A stretch of 63,943 nt of DNA from Bacteroidales bacterium (GCA_018004645.1 JAGNBV010000003.1:1-63943); one strand, 5' to 3'. Counted from the stretch's first letter, positions 9,298-20,340 are shown. The notes: generated by a model not told the origin, from the sequence alone. Numbers and translations are program-made.

Positions 9298-12200
9298 TTA
9301 GTCCACCTTTATTATCAAAGGCTCTTCGTGCAAATAGATCAGGAATTTTTCGGTAGGTTTGTTGTTGATCTCGGTTAATATGGCCGCGTAATTATCAATT
9401 TGTGTTTTGTGATCGTCTTTTTGGACGCCGGTTTTAAAGTCCACCACCACATTTTTGTCTTTTTCAAACAGGATCCTGTCGGGACGGTACACCTTATTGC
9501 CCGGGGTAAGTATCTCTGCCTCGGTGAGCACCGGTAGTCCGGGTTCGAAAAAGCTCTTAAAATGCGGGTTGGCCATTAGCTGTTCAATGTATTTCGTTAT
9601 CTTTTCAGCATCGGCCTGGCTGATGATGCCTTCCAGAAGCATGCCGGTGGTAACACCAATGGCATCCTCGGCTTGTTTGATCTCCGACAGGATTTTATGA
9701 ATGATGTTACCCCAGCCGCGGGTTGTGGCCGTTTCATCATCGGCCCATAATACGGTCGAATCGTGGCGTATAAGCATCCTGGCGGCCCAATCGGAGGACA
9801 GGATATTTTCCGGAACCACTGTTTGTCCTTTGCTGGTGTGCTTCTCTTTTGTGGTAACAGCCGCAATGCTTCCAAACTCATACACATCATTTTCTTCGGA
9901 CCACAGCTCACGATGCATCAAATATTTTTTCAGCAGTGAGCCAAAACTGTGACCATTTTCTTTGTACTTTTTTGTGAGCACATAGAGCTGTTCTTCAGGA
10001 CGTGTGAGCGCTACATAACAAATGTTCATCATATCGAGGCGTGCCAGACTCTGTTCTTGTTCAAAATAATCCGAAAATGAAGATCCTTCTAATCCTTTTG
10101 CGCTGATGGCTATTGGGAATGCGGGAATTTCAGGACAATAGTCAAAAGAGTTCATCACCCATGCGCTGGCGCCTTTGCTGCCGGGCATTTCATCGGCAAA
10201 CGGGTAGATAACCACAGGAAATTCGAGTCCTTTGGCTTTGTGAATGGTCATAATCTTTACAGCATTGAGTTGCTCGGGCACTACAATGCTGCGCGTTGCG
10301 CCTTTCTCGTCCCACCATGCTATAAAATCGGGCAGGCAGGGAGTTTTTGTGCTCACAAATTCGCTGATAGCATCCAGGAAATAAACCATAAAAGGATCGG
10401 ACTGGTGATGAAACCCGAATGTCCTGACCAGCGACTCCACCAGGTCGAATAGCGGGGTGCCGGACATCTTGACACATTCGATATCTTTCTGAAAAATGGC
10501 AAAAATTTCGTTCAGAGGATACTTGCTCTTACCGGCTGATTTTACCGACTGATATTGAGCAATCAGGGCGTTCAGGTCATAGTCTGCAGGGTAATTGTGC
10601 TGCAGGAAATTAAGGATATAAGCGGCCGCCAGCTCATCGGCAGGGTTGTCGACATACCGTAGTAGCGATACGATAAAGTTGACTTTGGGTGAAGAACTCA
10701 GCAGCAGCGATTCGCTTGATACCACGTCAACGCCCTTTTGAAGCAAAAAGGAGGCAATAGCGGCTGCCTGCCTGTTTACACGGCAGATGACAGCGATGTC
10801 TTTCAGCGGGGTGTTTAAGGAGATAAGCCGGCTGATAATCTCAAAAATTTCGGCATGCTGCCTGTCCGCATAATCAGGCCCCGCCTCGAAAAATTTTAAA
10901 CGCACATACCCGCCATCATTACCCGGCCGGGGCTTTTGTATGGTGTCGAGATAGATGCTTCTTTTTTCATCGGCCAATACTTCGCCGGCTAAAAAATTAA
11001 ACAAGTTGTTATTAAAATTGATGATTTCGGCTTTCGACCTGTAATTCACATCAGGAATATGTCCTGAATACTCATCGTAGTAGATAATATTTCTGGAAAG
11101 CGCGTTTTCAATCTCGTTAAAATGTGGCAGGGCAGGTTTTTTATAGATGGCGGGCAGAGTCGCAAACTGCATCACTTCTCCATCGCGCCAGCGATAAATA
11201 GCCTGTTTGCCATCACCGACAATCAGGTTTTTGTTTCCCGAAGCCAGCGCATTTTCGATAAGCGGCAACATATTCTGAAATTGCAGCACGGAGGTGTCCT
11301 GAAACTCATCAATAAAATAATGAGCATATTTTTCGCCTGCCCGCTGGTAGATAAAAGGAACGGGTTCGCCAAGCAACTGTTCGTGAATTTTGCGGTAAAA
11401 GTCGCTGATAAAAATAAGGTTAGCATCGCTTTTCAAGGCTTCGGTTTCCTTTTCTATCTGGTTTAGCAACGACAAAGGATATAGGCTTTTAACGATTACC
11501 GCGAGGTCGCGAAATTCGCGTATCATAGGAATAATAGCGTTGTAGGCTTCGGCAATCTGGTCTTTTACGCCATCAATTTTATTCTTTTCATTTTCAGGCT
11601 GTGTTTTGGAATACCACATATCTTCCTGTATGGCGCTGTTGCAATAAGAATTGGGGGAGGAGCCGGCCAGGCCGTTTTGACTGACTTTTGTAAAAAAACC
11701 GGGTATGCCTCTCATTCCCTGGTAAAAACTCTTTGGGTTGATATCATTGTCTTCTATCAATTTTAATACGGCGCCGGCGAGTTTCCTTGCATTATTATCT
11801 GTTGCGGCTCTCCGGGCGGAGATTCCGGAAATAGCTTTTGAAAAATTGGCTAACTTAACGTCGCCAAACAGGTGGAGAAATTTTTGCGTGTCCTCTTTCA
11901 ACAGTTGTCTGGAGAATGTTTTCAGGTCCTGGCTGATGTCCCAGTTCTGGCCATCATCCATTTTTTGTTCGATAAACCCGATGAGCATCCTGGTAATCTG
12001 GTCATCGGAGCCGGCATAGGATATCAACACGTCAACAGCTTCGGACAACACCCTGTCGGAATCGAGCTCTACCTCGAAATTTTGCGAAATCTTCAGGTCG
12101 TAAGCAAACGTGCGGATTATTTTTTGTACAAAACTGTCAATAGTGCTGATGGCAAAATCAGAATAATTATGAAGAATTTTATGCAGAATACTGCCTGACC

Positions 12201-12516
12201 GGGCGGCCAGGCCTTTTTCATCCAGGCCTGAGCTTGCGCATAATTCGCTTATCAGCGCCCCATTTTTTTTTCTGACGGATTTTTTTTCGTCTTCCGTGAC
12301 GGTATCCTCACCCAGGCCTGAAAGCATTTTCAGACTTGACATAATGCGGCTTTTCATTTCATAGGCTGCTTTATTGGTAAAGGTAACAGCCAGGATATGC
12401 CTGTATTTGGAGGGATCTGTCAGCACCAGTTTAAGATATTCTTTTACCAGGGTATACGTCTTACCTGAGCCTGCAGAGGCTTTATAAATAATAAAGTTTT
12501 TTGTGGAATGGACCAT
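9298..12516 (-). CDS. UvrD/Rep-family helicase fused to a C-terminal PD-(D/E)XK nuclease (AddA-like)
   Basis: Walker A ASAGSGKTYTL, motif II DEFQDTS, and a C-terminal RPDRILFEKDKNVVVDFKTG nuclease motif. 1072 aa. Confidence 0.85.
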   Translation of the reverse strand: MVHSTKNFIIYKASAGSGKTYTLVKEYLKLVLTDPSKYRHILAVTFTNKAAYEMKSRIMSSLKMLSGLGEDTVTEDEKKSVRKKNGALISELCASSGLDEKGLAARSGSILHKILHNYSDFAISTIDSFVQKIIRTFAYDLKISQNFEVELDSDRVLSEAVDVLISYAGSDDQITRMLIGFIEQKMDDGQNWDISQDLKTFSRQLLKEDTQKFLHLFGDVKLANFSKAISGISARRAATDNNARKLAGAVLKLIEDNDINPKSFYQGMRGIPGFFTKVSQNGLAGSSPNSYCNSAIQEDMWYSKTQPENEKNKIDGVKDQIAEAYNAIIPMIREFRDLAVIVKSLYPLSLLNQIEKETEALKSDANLIFISDFYRKIHEQLLGEPVPFIYQRAGEKYAHYFIDEFQDTSVLQFQNMLPLIENALASGNKNLIVGDGKQAIYRWRDGEVMQFATLPAIYKKPALPHFNEIENALSRNIIYYDEYSGHIPDVNYRSKAEIINFNNNLFNFLAGEVLADEKRSIYLDTIQKPRPGNDGGYVRLKFFEAGPDYADRQHAEIFEIISRLISLNTPLKDIAVICRVNRQAAAIASFLLQKGVDVVSSESLLLSSSPKVNFIVSLLRYVDNPADELAAAYILNFLQHNYPADYDLNALIAQYQSVKSAGKSKYPLNEIFAIFQKDIECVKMSGTPLFDLVESLVRTFGFHHQSDPFMVYFLDAISEFVSTKTPCLPDFIAWWDEKGATRSIVVPEQLNAVKIMTIHKAKGLEFPVVIYPFADEMPGSKGASAWVMNSFDYCPEIPAFPIAISAKGLEGSSFSDYFEQEQSLARLDMMNICYVALTRPEEQLYVLTKKYKENGHSFGSLLKKYLMHRELWSEENDVYEFGSIAAVTTKEKHTSKGQTVVPENILSSDWAARMLIRHDSTVLWADDETATTRGWGNIIHKILSEIKQAEDAIGVTTGMLLEGIISQADAEKITKYIEQLMANPHFKSFFEPGLPVLTEAEILTPGNKVYRPDRILFEKDKNVVVDFKTGVQKDDHKTQIDNYAAILTEINNKPTEKFLIYLHEEPLIIKVD

Positions 12517-12757
12517 GATGAATTAAAAAGTAAAAATAACGTTTTTGCCAATACGATAAATTTTTTAACCTGAACATTTCAAAAAAATGACCTGGCAATA
12601 ATTGCAGGAATCCGCCGTATAAAAGTCCCGTTGTTGCATGTGCTGTTTTGTTTTGCATGTAGCACTAAGGAAACGCCAACTTACAATATATTCGGGTTAT
12701 ATTTAGTATTAAGAAATGTTAAAAATAAAAATTTTTTTTCATTTCATGATATTTGAG

Positions 12758-12765
12758 TATCTTTG
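12758..12765 (+). promoter_or_regulatory. Candidate -7 box (TATCTTTG) for the cold-shock gene
   Basis: TAnnTTTG match 32 nt upstream of the ATG at 12797. Confidence 0.35.
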
Positions 12766-12796
12766 CAAATATTTTAATACACAATAATTTATTACA

Positions 12797-12988
12797 ATGA
12801 AAAAAGGAACAGTAAAATTCTTCAATGAATTAAAAGGTTTTGGATTTATTAAAGATAATGAATCCGACAAGGAATACTTCGTGCATGCCTCTGGCCTTAT
12901 CGACAAGATTAAGGAAGGTGACACAGTAAGCTTTGAACTCACCGAAGGAAAAAAAGGATTAAATGCGGTAAACGTAAAACTCGTATAA
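12797..12988 (+). CDS. Cold-shock protein (CspA family, single CSD)
   Basis: 63 aa. GTVKFFNELKGFGFI (RNP1-like) and YFVHASGL (RNP2-like). Confidence 0.9.
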   Translation: MKKGTVKFFNELKGFGFIKDNESDKEYFVHASGLIDKIKEGDTVSFELTEGKKGLNAVNVKLV

Positions 12989-13019
12989 ATTATCCCGATT
13001 GAAGATTATCAAAGTTAAA

Positions 13020-13051
13020 GAGGCTGTCTCAAAAAGGCAGCCTCTTTTTTT
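13020..13051 (+). terminator. Rho-independent terminator after the cold-shock gene
   Basis: GAGGCTGTC / GGCAGCCTC stem (one G-U pair), 7-nt loop, then a T7 run. Confidence 0.7.
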
Positions 13052-13088
13052 GTAGTGAGTCGTCCTATTGTAATCCTGAAGATATAAA

Positions 13089-13124
13089 AGACTGTCGCGA
13101 TTGTGAGACAGTCTCTCTTTTTTG
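13089..13124 (+). terminator. Second, tandem hairpin terminator
   Basis: AGACTGTC / GACAGTCT 8-bp stem, 10-nt loop, followed by CTCTTTTTTG. Confidence 0.5.
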
Positions 13125-13259
13125 TGGCTTATGGTAACATAGAATTAATAAGTGGTAAGCTGCTGGTTTATAATAAAAAAATTTTGCAGTTATTGTTTTT
13201 ATGAATATTTTTATACCTAAATCAAACGATGATATAAATGTCCATATAATTACTTGATT

Positions 13260-16200
13260 ATGAAAAAACTAGTTTTTTTGTTATTCTCTATGGTCATCAG
13301 CTGCCTGGCTAATGGGCAAACCACTTTGATTTCTCCTGCCGGTGATGGTGGTTTTGAATCAGGAGGAACCCCCGCAGCCAATAACTGGTATGCTGTCAAT
13401 TCCACTACAGATGGCTGGTATGTAGGTTCTGTGCCGGTACCGGCAACGGGAACCAACTGTGCTTATATTTCTTCCGCAGCGGGCACTTCCTGGACTTACA
13501 ACGAAACCAGCGCAATACAACATATTTACTATGATGTTATTATCCCGGCAGGAGAATCCAAACTAACTCTTACGTTCAAGTGGAAAGCCTTGGGTGAAGG
13601 CTCCGGATTTAGTGACTGGGATAATATGAAAGTGTTTTTTGGGGCAGGTTCCGCTATGGGTATTCCAACGGCAAATACGGAAGTATCAGCTGCGTATCAG
13701 ATTTCCGGTGCTGGTGCAAGTTACGGCATGTATAAGCTGAGTTCTTCGGCATGGAACACAGAGACAATAAGTCTTACAGGAGTGCCGGGTGTTGTTTGCC
13801 GCCTTGTTTTCAGTTGGAAATCTGATATGTCGGATATAGCTAATCCTCCGGCCGCTATTGATGATGTTTCTTTGTTATCGATGACACCCGACCCGTTGCA
13901 TGGAATTTATACTATTGACAATACGTTGCCTACAACAAATCCCATGTTGCACAACGGGACAGATAATTTCAACAGTTTTACGGAGGCTATCAATTATCTT
14001 AACAGCGAAGGCATTGCGGCGGGCGTTACTTTTGGAGTGAGCTCCGGGCAGGTTTTTAACGAAGATTGTCCCGCGATAACTGCCACCGGTACGCTTTCCA
14101 ATCCCATAGTTTTTCAGAAATCAGGCGCCGGTGCAAATCCTGTGCTCCGGCCCACCGGCACAACGGGAGCTTATGATGCGGGCATATTGATTCATGGCGG
14201 TGATTATATCACTTTTGATGGTATTGATATTGCTATCGCACTGGGCTCTGCGGTCGAATTTGGCTATCTGGTCAGGAATGCTTCGGCTACCAACGGAGCG
14301 CAACACAATACCATTATTAATTCAAAAGTTACGCTGAACCGATACAACAATTCATCCAAAGGGATTTATCAGTATCGGGCAGCAACGGCCACGGATGTTG
14401 AAGGCACCAATTCCTACAATGTTTACCGGAAAGTTACTGTCGAAAACGCCTATATGGGTAGTTATCTTTACGGCAGTTCTGCATATCCTGACCAGGACTG
14501 TGTTATTGACTCGTGTACCTTTGGAGCTGTTACTGCCAATGATATCGGTAACGGAGCAGCCACATCGTGCGGTATCCGTGCTTCTAATCAGAGTGGAACA
14601 GTCATTGCTCACAACACAGTTAGAAATGTTACCACCACAGCCCTTGTTGCCTCCGGAATATTTGTGGAAGCAGCGCAGGGCGTCATTAATGTTTATAACA
14701 ATAATGTCTATTCAATTGGTACCACATCGGTAACGGCAACAAATTATGTTTATGGGATAAGGGTGGATGTTAATGCCGGATATACCGCCAATGTTTATAA
14801 TAACATGGTTGCCGACCTTTTTCATGGGATAAGTACGGCCTCTGCCACTATTTCAATCAGGGGGCTGGCTCTGGGCGTTTCGGGTACCGGTACCGGTAAT
14901 TTTTACTATAACTCCGTTCTGATCAGCGAAAATGCCATCCCTTCCGTTGCTGCCTTTTATTTGGCGGGAGGTAATGCCAACCTCCTGAACAATATCCTGG
15001 ACAATGCTTCTGCTGCCGGTGGTACCTCAAAAAGGTACTGCATATACAGGTCCGGAGGAACTTTGTCTTCCAATTATAATGATTTATACATCGCCACAGG
15101 AACCAATAATTTCACGGGATATTATAATGCTGATCAGGCCTCACTGGCAGTCTGGCAGACAGCTACCGGCAATCAGGACATGAACTCAATGGCTGCTGAC
15201 CCTTCCTTTGTTTCCAACCTGGATCTGCATACCAGCAACCCCTTGCTGAATGCCGCCGGATATCCTGTGGCCGGCATTTTATTTGATTTCGATGGCCAAC
15301 CACGCGACCTGAATTATCCTGATATTGGTGCTGATGAAAACCTTTCACCGCCGGTATTTACATGCACTACACCCGTCCCCGGAAATACCCTCGCCACTAC
15401 ATCTGTCTTTTGTACAGGGCAAATAGTAACACTTTCGCTGCAACATACCATCACCGGTACCGGTGTGTTGTATCAATGGCAGCAATCGTCCGACGGGGTA
15501 AATTTTGTTGATATCTCCGGAGCAGCAACCTCAACATGTAATGTAATGCCCGATGCGGATACTTATTACCGTTGTATGGTAACCTGTCAGAATGGCCCGG
15601 TATCGTCGAATTCTACGCCGGTTTTTCTTTCCCTGACCCAGAACCTGACCTCGGTAACCCCCGGTTCGCATTGCGGTCTGGGAAGTGTAACATTGTCTGC
15701 TACGGCTATTCCGGGAGCAGTAATAAAATGGTATAATGCCGCTGACTCTCTCCTGGGAACAGGCTCTCCATGGGCTACTCCCGTTATTGATACCACTACG
15801 GCCTATTATGTAAAAGCCGAAACATCTACGGCAAGCACCGCCGGCAGGCCATTACCCGCTGCATCGACAGGCGCTAACTGGAACAACTTCGGCCTGGTAT
15901 TTAACACAACCAGGAATATTATTATTAACTCTGTTAAGGTGTATCCTGTGAATTCAGCTCCGGCCTTAATGACCATCAGGTTGCTGAATAGCTATGGAGT
16001 GCAGGTCGCCGGGACCAGCGATGTTGTTTTTATGCCTAATTCAGGAACAGGGACCACTGCACAGACTGTCGTCTTAAATTATGCCGTACCTGCAGGAACA
16101 GGTTATAAACTGATTATAGTTTCCGGAATGAACAGTGCCAATAAACTGGTTCAGGAAACGACCGGCTTTACTTATCCAATAACATCGGGGGCAGTATCCA

Positions 16201-18683
16201 TTACTTCAAACTGGAACAACGGGGCTGCCAGCCCTTTGTATTACGACTGGTTTTATGATTGGGATGTTACCGAGTTATGCGCCGGAACCTTTACGGAGGT
16301 CTTGGCCACTATTGCTACACCTCCGGTATTAACGCTGACAGCTGATCAGACCTTGTGTAACAATACCCCCGGACAGATTGCCGTGAGCTCTCCTGCAGGA
16401 AACTTTGATACGTATGTGTGGACTCCCGCAAACGATTTATTTGCCGATCCGGCATGCACCATGCCATATAACAGCGGAGCCACTGCATTGACAGTGTATG
16501 TGAAAACAGCTTCCGCCGGAACTACCGTGTATTCCTGTACAGCTACGGATACGGTAAGTCAGTGTGCCGATGTGGTTGCAGCCACTGTTACGGTATTGCC
16601 TTCCTACATTACAGCATCAGCCTCGCCTTCGGTTTTTTGTGAGAGCGGGAGCGCTACCCTGACAGCCGGCCCGCTGACCGGCTTTGAGGCAGCCACACTG
16701 CAGTGGCAGAGTTCCTCCGATAACATTGTGTTTGCTGATATCCCCGGTGCTGATTCCTCGGTTTATATCACAGGGGTTATCACGGATACTACATATTATA
16801 AACTTTTAGTAAAGCTTGGGACGAGCGTATGCACAGAGACAGATGTTTTGGTTGTTACTGTCAGTCCGATACCCACCGCACCCTTCGTGGGTGTTATCAC
16901 TCAGCCAACGTGCACCCTGGCAACAGGAAGCGTGGAACTGACAGGCCTTCCAGGGGGAAGCTGGGTAATTGAACCGGGCAATCACACCGGGACAGGAGCC
17001 ACAGGCATAATAGGCGGCCTTTCCACCGGGACACATAATTTTACGGTCAGTAACGGAAATTGTATTTCCGATTGGTCTGCCGATGTGGTGATCAGTGCCC
17101 AGCCTGCTGTTCCTGTAGCCAATGCAGGCGCCGATGCCGCATTTACCGGCACCCCGGTACAGATTGGTGATGTGTCAAGCGGGCCGGGAACATTCAGCTG
17201 GTCGCCGGCAACAGGCCTCAGCAATCCTGCCGTTTCGCAGCCCCTGGCTTCACCGGCAACCACCACCACATATACACTTACGGTGGACAATGGCATATGT
17301 ACCGCTACGGACGATGTGACGATATATTTCGGATACGTCATTAGCGGCAAAACCCGCTATGCCGCCAAAGCAGTGGCAGGAGCTCCTGCTCCGAATATGC
17401 CCACTTATGAAGCTGTAAAATACAATATCAATAAAGTGGTTGTGATTTTGAAATCAATGCCTGCAGGTAATGAAGTGGCCAGGGATACCAGCGATGCCGC
17501 CGGTGCCTTTGAATTTGTTGACGTAGTGGATGGGAATTACATTCTTTCTTATGATAAATATGCTGCAGATACCATGCAGATGGGTAATTCCATTAATGCA
17601 ATAGATGTTGCGCTGATGAAATATCTGATCGGACATGACACAACGGGCGATCCGTCGAGATACTTTTCCTTGAAACACCGGAAAGCGGCCAATGTGGATA
17701 ATAACTCGTTCATTAACTCTATTGATGTGGCAAGGTTAAGGACAAAAATTGGCCAGCCATACAATCCTGCGGTGAACTTTCCGAAAGGAAATTGGGTGGC
17801 TTTTGATACTTTGATTACCGTTTCTGGAGCTAACCTGAATGTTACCCTGAAAACTATTTGTTATGGCGATTACGATGCCTCAAGCAGCAAATATCAGGAT
17901 TCGGCGACAAACTGGAGTATGACGAAAACGTTGCCTGATAGCGATATCATTATTGACGGTGAAGAGATGATAGTAAAACAAAAGCAGGGGATGCTTGAAA
18001 TACCTCTCCGGATAAGCAATAAGGTTCAGGATCTCGCAGCTTTGGGACTGGAGTTGAATTATCCTGCCACTGATTACCGGCTACGGGCGGCTTATATGCC
18101 ATCAGTTCAGAAAAAAGGCAGTGCTCTTCAGATTAATCCCTCTTTGGAAGAAGTTATTGCCAGCAATGACGACTTGCTTGTTACCGATGAAAACGGGAAA
18201 ATCAGGGTGGTTTTTGCTACAACTGATTTTTTTGATGCCCGGGCCAACGACCAGCTTATTACGTTTGTTTTTGAACCGCTGAAAGACCTGCCTGCAGGAA
18301 TACTAAATTTTGATCTGACAGGGACGGGTGTCATTGGGAATCAATATGGGACTGAGATTACGGATGCTTTTTTGTTGATGCCGAAGTTTTTTATTCAAGG
18401 AGACGACTTGCCGGAATTGGATATGAGCATCAGCGGATTCCCGAATCCCTTTAGCGACAAGGCCACCATAGTTTACCAGATTCCTGATGATGGAAAGGTG
18501 ACACTGCAGGTTTACAATGTGCTGGGAGCGCTTGTGGCTGAAATGGAAAATGGGATGCAGCAAAAAGGAAAACATACTTTAGTGTTCAATGCGGAAGATC
18601 TTCCGTCAGGGTTATACTCTTTTAAGCTGGTGTTTGATGCCGGCAAAAGCTTTGAAAGCAAAGTGTTGAAATTGGTTCATTGA
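13260..18683 (+). CDS. Giant (~1807 aa) T9SS-secreted surface protein with a beta-helix region, Ig-like repeats, a carboxypeptidase-regulatory-like domain, a dockerin-like repeat pair, a cohesin-like domain and a type A CTD
   Basis: ATG at 13260 (MKKLVFLL signal); the track start at 13254 is TTG. Parallel beta-helix-like NVYNNNVYS / VYNNMVADL / LLNNILDN. Repeated YQWQQSSDG / LQWQSSSDN Ig-like modules. Dockerin-like INAIDVALMKYLIG...ANVDNNSFINSIDVARLRTKIG. C-terminal FPNPFSDKATIVYQ...GLYSFKLV...KVLKLVH. Confidence 0.75.
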   Translation: MKKLVFLLFSMVISCLANGQTTLISPAGDGGFESGGTPAANNWYAVNSTTDGWYVGSVPVPATGTNCAYISSAAGTSWTYNETSAIQHIYYDVIIPAGESKLTLTFKWKALGEGSGFSDWDNMKVFFGAGSAMGIPTANTEVSAAYQISGAGASYGMYKLSSSAWNTETISLTGVPGVVCRLVFSWKSDMSDIANPPAAIDDVSLLSMTPDPLHGIYTIDNTLPTTNPMLHNGTDNFNSFTEAINYLNSEGIAAGVTFGVSSGQVFNEDCPAITATGTLSNPIVFQKSGAGANPVLRPTGTTGAYDAGILIHGGDYITFDGIDIAIALGSAVEFGYLVRNASATNGAQHNTIINSKVTLNRYNNSSKGIYQYRAATATDVEGTNSYNVYRKVTVENAYMGSYLYGSSAYPDQDCVIDSCTFGAVTANDIGNGAATSCGIRASNQSGTVIAHNTVRNVTTTALVASGIFVEAAQGVINVYNNNVYSIGTTSVTATNYVYGIRVDVNAGYTANVYNNMVADLFHGISTASATISIRGLALGVSGTGTGNFYYNSVLISENAIPSVAAFYLAGGNANLLNNILDNASAAGGTSKRYCIYRSGGTLSSNYNDLYIATGTNNFTGYYNADQASLAVWQTATGNQDMNSMAADPSFVSNLDLHTSNPLLNAAGYPVAGILFDFDGQPRDLNYPDIGADENLSPPVFTCTTPVPGNTLATTSVFCTGQIVTLSLQHTITGTGVLYQWQQSSDGVNFVDISGAATSTCNVMPDADTYYRCMVTCQNGPVSSNSTPVFLSLTQNLTSVTPGSHCGLGSVTLSATAIPGAVIKWYNAADSLLGTGSPWATPVIDTTTAYYVKAETSTASTAGRPLPAASTGANWNNFGLVFNTTRNIIINSVKVYPVNSAPALMTIRLLNSYGVQVAGTSDVVFMPNSGTGTTAQTVVLNYAVPAGTGYKLIIVSGMNSANKLVQETTGFTYPITSGAVSITSNWNNGAASPLYYDWFYDWDVTELCAGTFTEVLATIATPPVLTLTADQTLCNNTPGQIAVSSPAGNFDTYVWTPANDLFADPACTMPYNSGATALTVYVKTASAGTTVYSCTATDTVSQCADVVAATVTVLPSYITASASPSVFCESGSATLTAGPLTGFEAATLQWQSSSDNIVFADIPGADSSVYITGVITDTTYYKLLVKLGTSVCTETDVLVVTVSPIPTAPFVGVITQPTCTLATGSVELTGLPGGSWVIEPGNHTGTGATGIIGGLSTGTHNFTVSNGNCISDWSADVVISAQPAVPVANAGADAAFTGTPVQIGDVSSGPGTFSWSPATGLSNPAVSQPLASPATTTTYTLTVDNGICTATDDVTIYFGYVISGKTRYAAKAVAGAPAPNMPTYEAVKYNINKVVVILKSMPAGNEVARDTSDAAGAFEFVDVVDGNYILSYDKYAADTMQMGNSINAIDVALMKYLIGHDTTGDPSRYFSLKHRKAANVDNNSFINSIDVARLRTKIGQPYNPAVNFPKGNWVAFDTLITVSGANLNVTLKTICYGDYDASSSKYQDSATNWSMTKTLPDSDIIIDGEEMIVKQKQGMLEIPLRISNKVQDLAALGLELNYPATDYRLRAAYMPSVQKKGSALQINPSLEEVIASNDDLLVTDENGKIRVVFATTDFFDARANDQLITFVFEPLKDLPAGILNFDLTGTGVIGNQYGTEITDAFLLMPKFFIQGDDLPELDMSISGFPNPFSDKATIVYQIPDDGKVTLQVYNVLGALVAEMENGMQQKGKHTLVFNAEDLPSGLYSFKLVFDAGKSFESKVLKLVH

Positions 18684-18777
18684 ACCTCTTTTATACACTT
18701 ATAAATAGATTGGCCTTTTGTGCCGGAAATTTTTCTGTAATTCTCCGATAGAGCATTCGCGCCATGAAAGCTGACAG

Positions 18778-20340
18778 CTACTTCGTGGGTTTTACTTTTT
18801 CCCACGGCCCAATATCGTATTTCTTAATCATCTGCCGGTAGGTATCGGCATCCCCGATTATTTTTTTGATGTGATTATGATAGCTGGTCATGGATAGTAT
18901 ATGGGAGAATCCCATGTCGGTAGCCACTTTTTTGCGCAGGATGAGGGAAATCATGTAGTTATAAAACTTTCGCTTATATGGTTCCGGTCTAAAGGCATAC
19001 TCTTTGAATAGTTTTGCCAGCAGTCTGATCACAAAGCCGGCGCCAGGTTTCCCATCATTGTATGGCTTGCGAAAGTATCCATCGCCAAAAAGCACGCTGG
19101 CCTTTTTATACAATGATTCAAAAGAATATATTTTGGTAAGCGTTTCGAGATATTTGTCAAACAAATCAATCTGCGACATCTTATAGTAATGGATGCAGGG
19201 AAACAAACCGCCCATCATGTCGGTGTCGATATCGTACATACGGCCTTCGGCGGTAAGCCTTTTTTGCAGCTCTGAACCGTAAGGTGCACCAAGAATATTG
19301 AAGTTTACATAAGAGAGTCCTGTGCGTTGCGTAAACTCGTACAGGTGGTCAAATTCTTTCGCGGTATCATTGTCAAAACCAATTACAAAAGAGGCCGTGA
19401 TATGTATGCCATGAGAATGGATTTTTTTAATGGCGTCCTCGTAGATCAGGGCGTCGCGGTTTTGCTTCTTTTTGGTTTCGAAAAGGCTGCCTGCATTTAA
19501 TGATTCAAAACCAATAAGGATATTAAAACATCCGGCATTGTTCATCGCGGTGAGTAATTCTTCTTCGCGGGCAATTTCGATGCTCGACATACAGCCCCAT
19601 GAAATCTTCAGCGGGGCCAATGCTTTCATCAGGTCGTGGGCGTAACGTTTATTGGCGGTGAGGTTATCATCCACAAACAGCATTTTTTTTACCGGCAGGG
19701 ATTTTATTTCTTCCACCACGTTGGAAATTTCGCGGTAACGCATTTTGTGCCCAAACAGGTTGGTGACCAGGCAGAACTCGCACTTGTAAGGACAACCGCG
19801 CGAAACCTGAATGCCTACCTGAAACACCTTTTTCATATCTACCAAATCCCAGCGGGGGATGGGTATTTCTTTAAAATCAACGTATTCGCCCGAATTGTAA
19901 ATTTTTTGCAGTGCTCCCTGTTCAAAATCCTGCAGGCATTTTTGCCAGGCGCTTTCAGCTTCGCCAACCACAACAGCATCGGCATGTTTGATGGCCTCAT
20001 CGGTCATAAAGGATACGTAAGGCCCTCCGATAATTACTGTAGCGCTTTTTGACCTGTACCAGTCGCCGATTTCATAGGCTCTTTTTGCTGTGGTAGCCAG
20101 TGTGGAGATGCCTACTATTTCAGGAATTTCTTCGGGCAAAGGTTCAAGTTCTTCATCTATGATACGCACCTGGTATTCGGGGGGAGTAATGGCTGCAATC
20201 ATAGGCAAGGCTAGGGATACCATAAACTTTTTTTTGCCCATCATTTTGCAGAGTTCGGTCTGCCCGTAATAATTTACATATTTCTGTCCGGGCATGACCA
20301 GAAAAATTCTTTTTGAGCTATGTGTCTTTCCGTCGGTCAT
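18778..20340 (-). CDS. Cobalamin (B12)-binding-domain radical SAM enzyme (class B), long form
   Basis: N-terminal B12-binding-like domain (IVGISTLATT...VIIGGPYVS...VVVGEAE). Radical SAM cluster motif CPYKCEFC. ATG at 20340 preferred; the TTG at 20349 would overlap the KASIII stop by 4 nt. Confidence 0.8.
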   Translation of the reverse strand: MTDGKTHSSKRIFLVMPGQKYVNYYGQTELCKMMGKKKFMVSLALPMIAAITPPEYQVRIIDEELEPLPEEIPEIVGISTLATTAKRAYEIGDWYRSKSATVIIGGPYVSFMTDEAIKHADAVVVGEAESAWQKCLQDFEQGALQKIYNSGEYVDFKEIPIPRWDLVDMKKVFQVGIQVSRGCPYKCEFCLVTNLFGHKMRYREISNVVEEIKSLPVKKMLFVDDNLTANKRYAHDLMKALAPLKISWGCMSSIEIAREEELLTAMNNAGCFNILIGFESLNAGSLFETKKKQNRDALIYEDAIKKIHSHGIHITASFVIGFDNDTAKEFDHLYEFTQRTGLSYVNFNILGAPYGSELQKRLTAEGRMYDIDTDMMGGLFPCIHYYKMSQIDLFDKYLETLTKIYSFESLYKKASVLFGDGYFRKPYNDGKPGAGFVIRLLAKLFKEYAFRPEPYKRKFYNYMISLILRKKVATDMGFSHILSMTSYHNHIKKIIGDADTYRQMIKKYDIGPWEKVKPTK

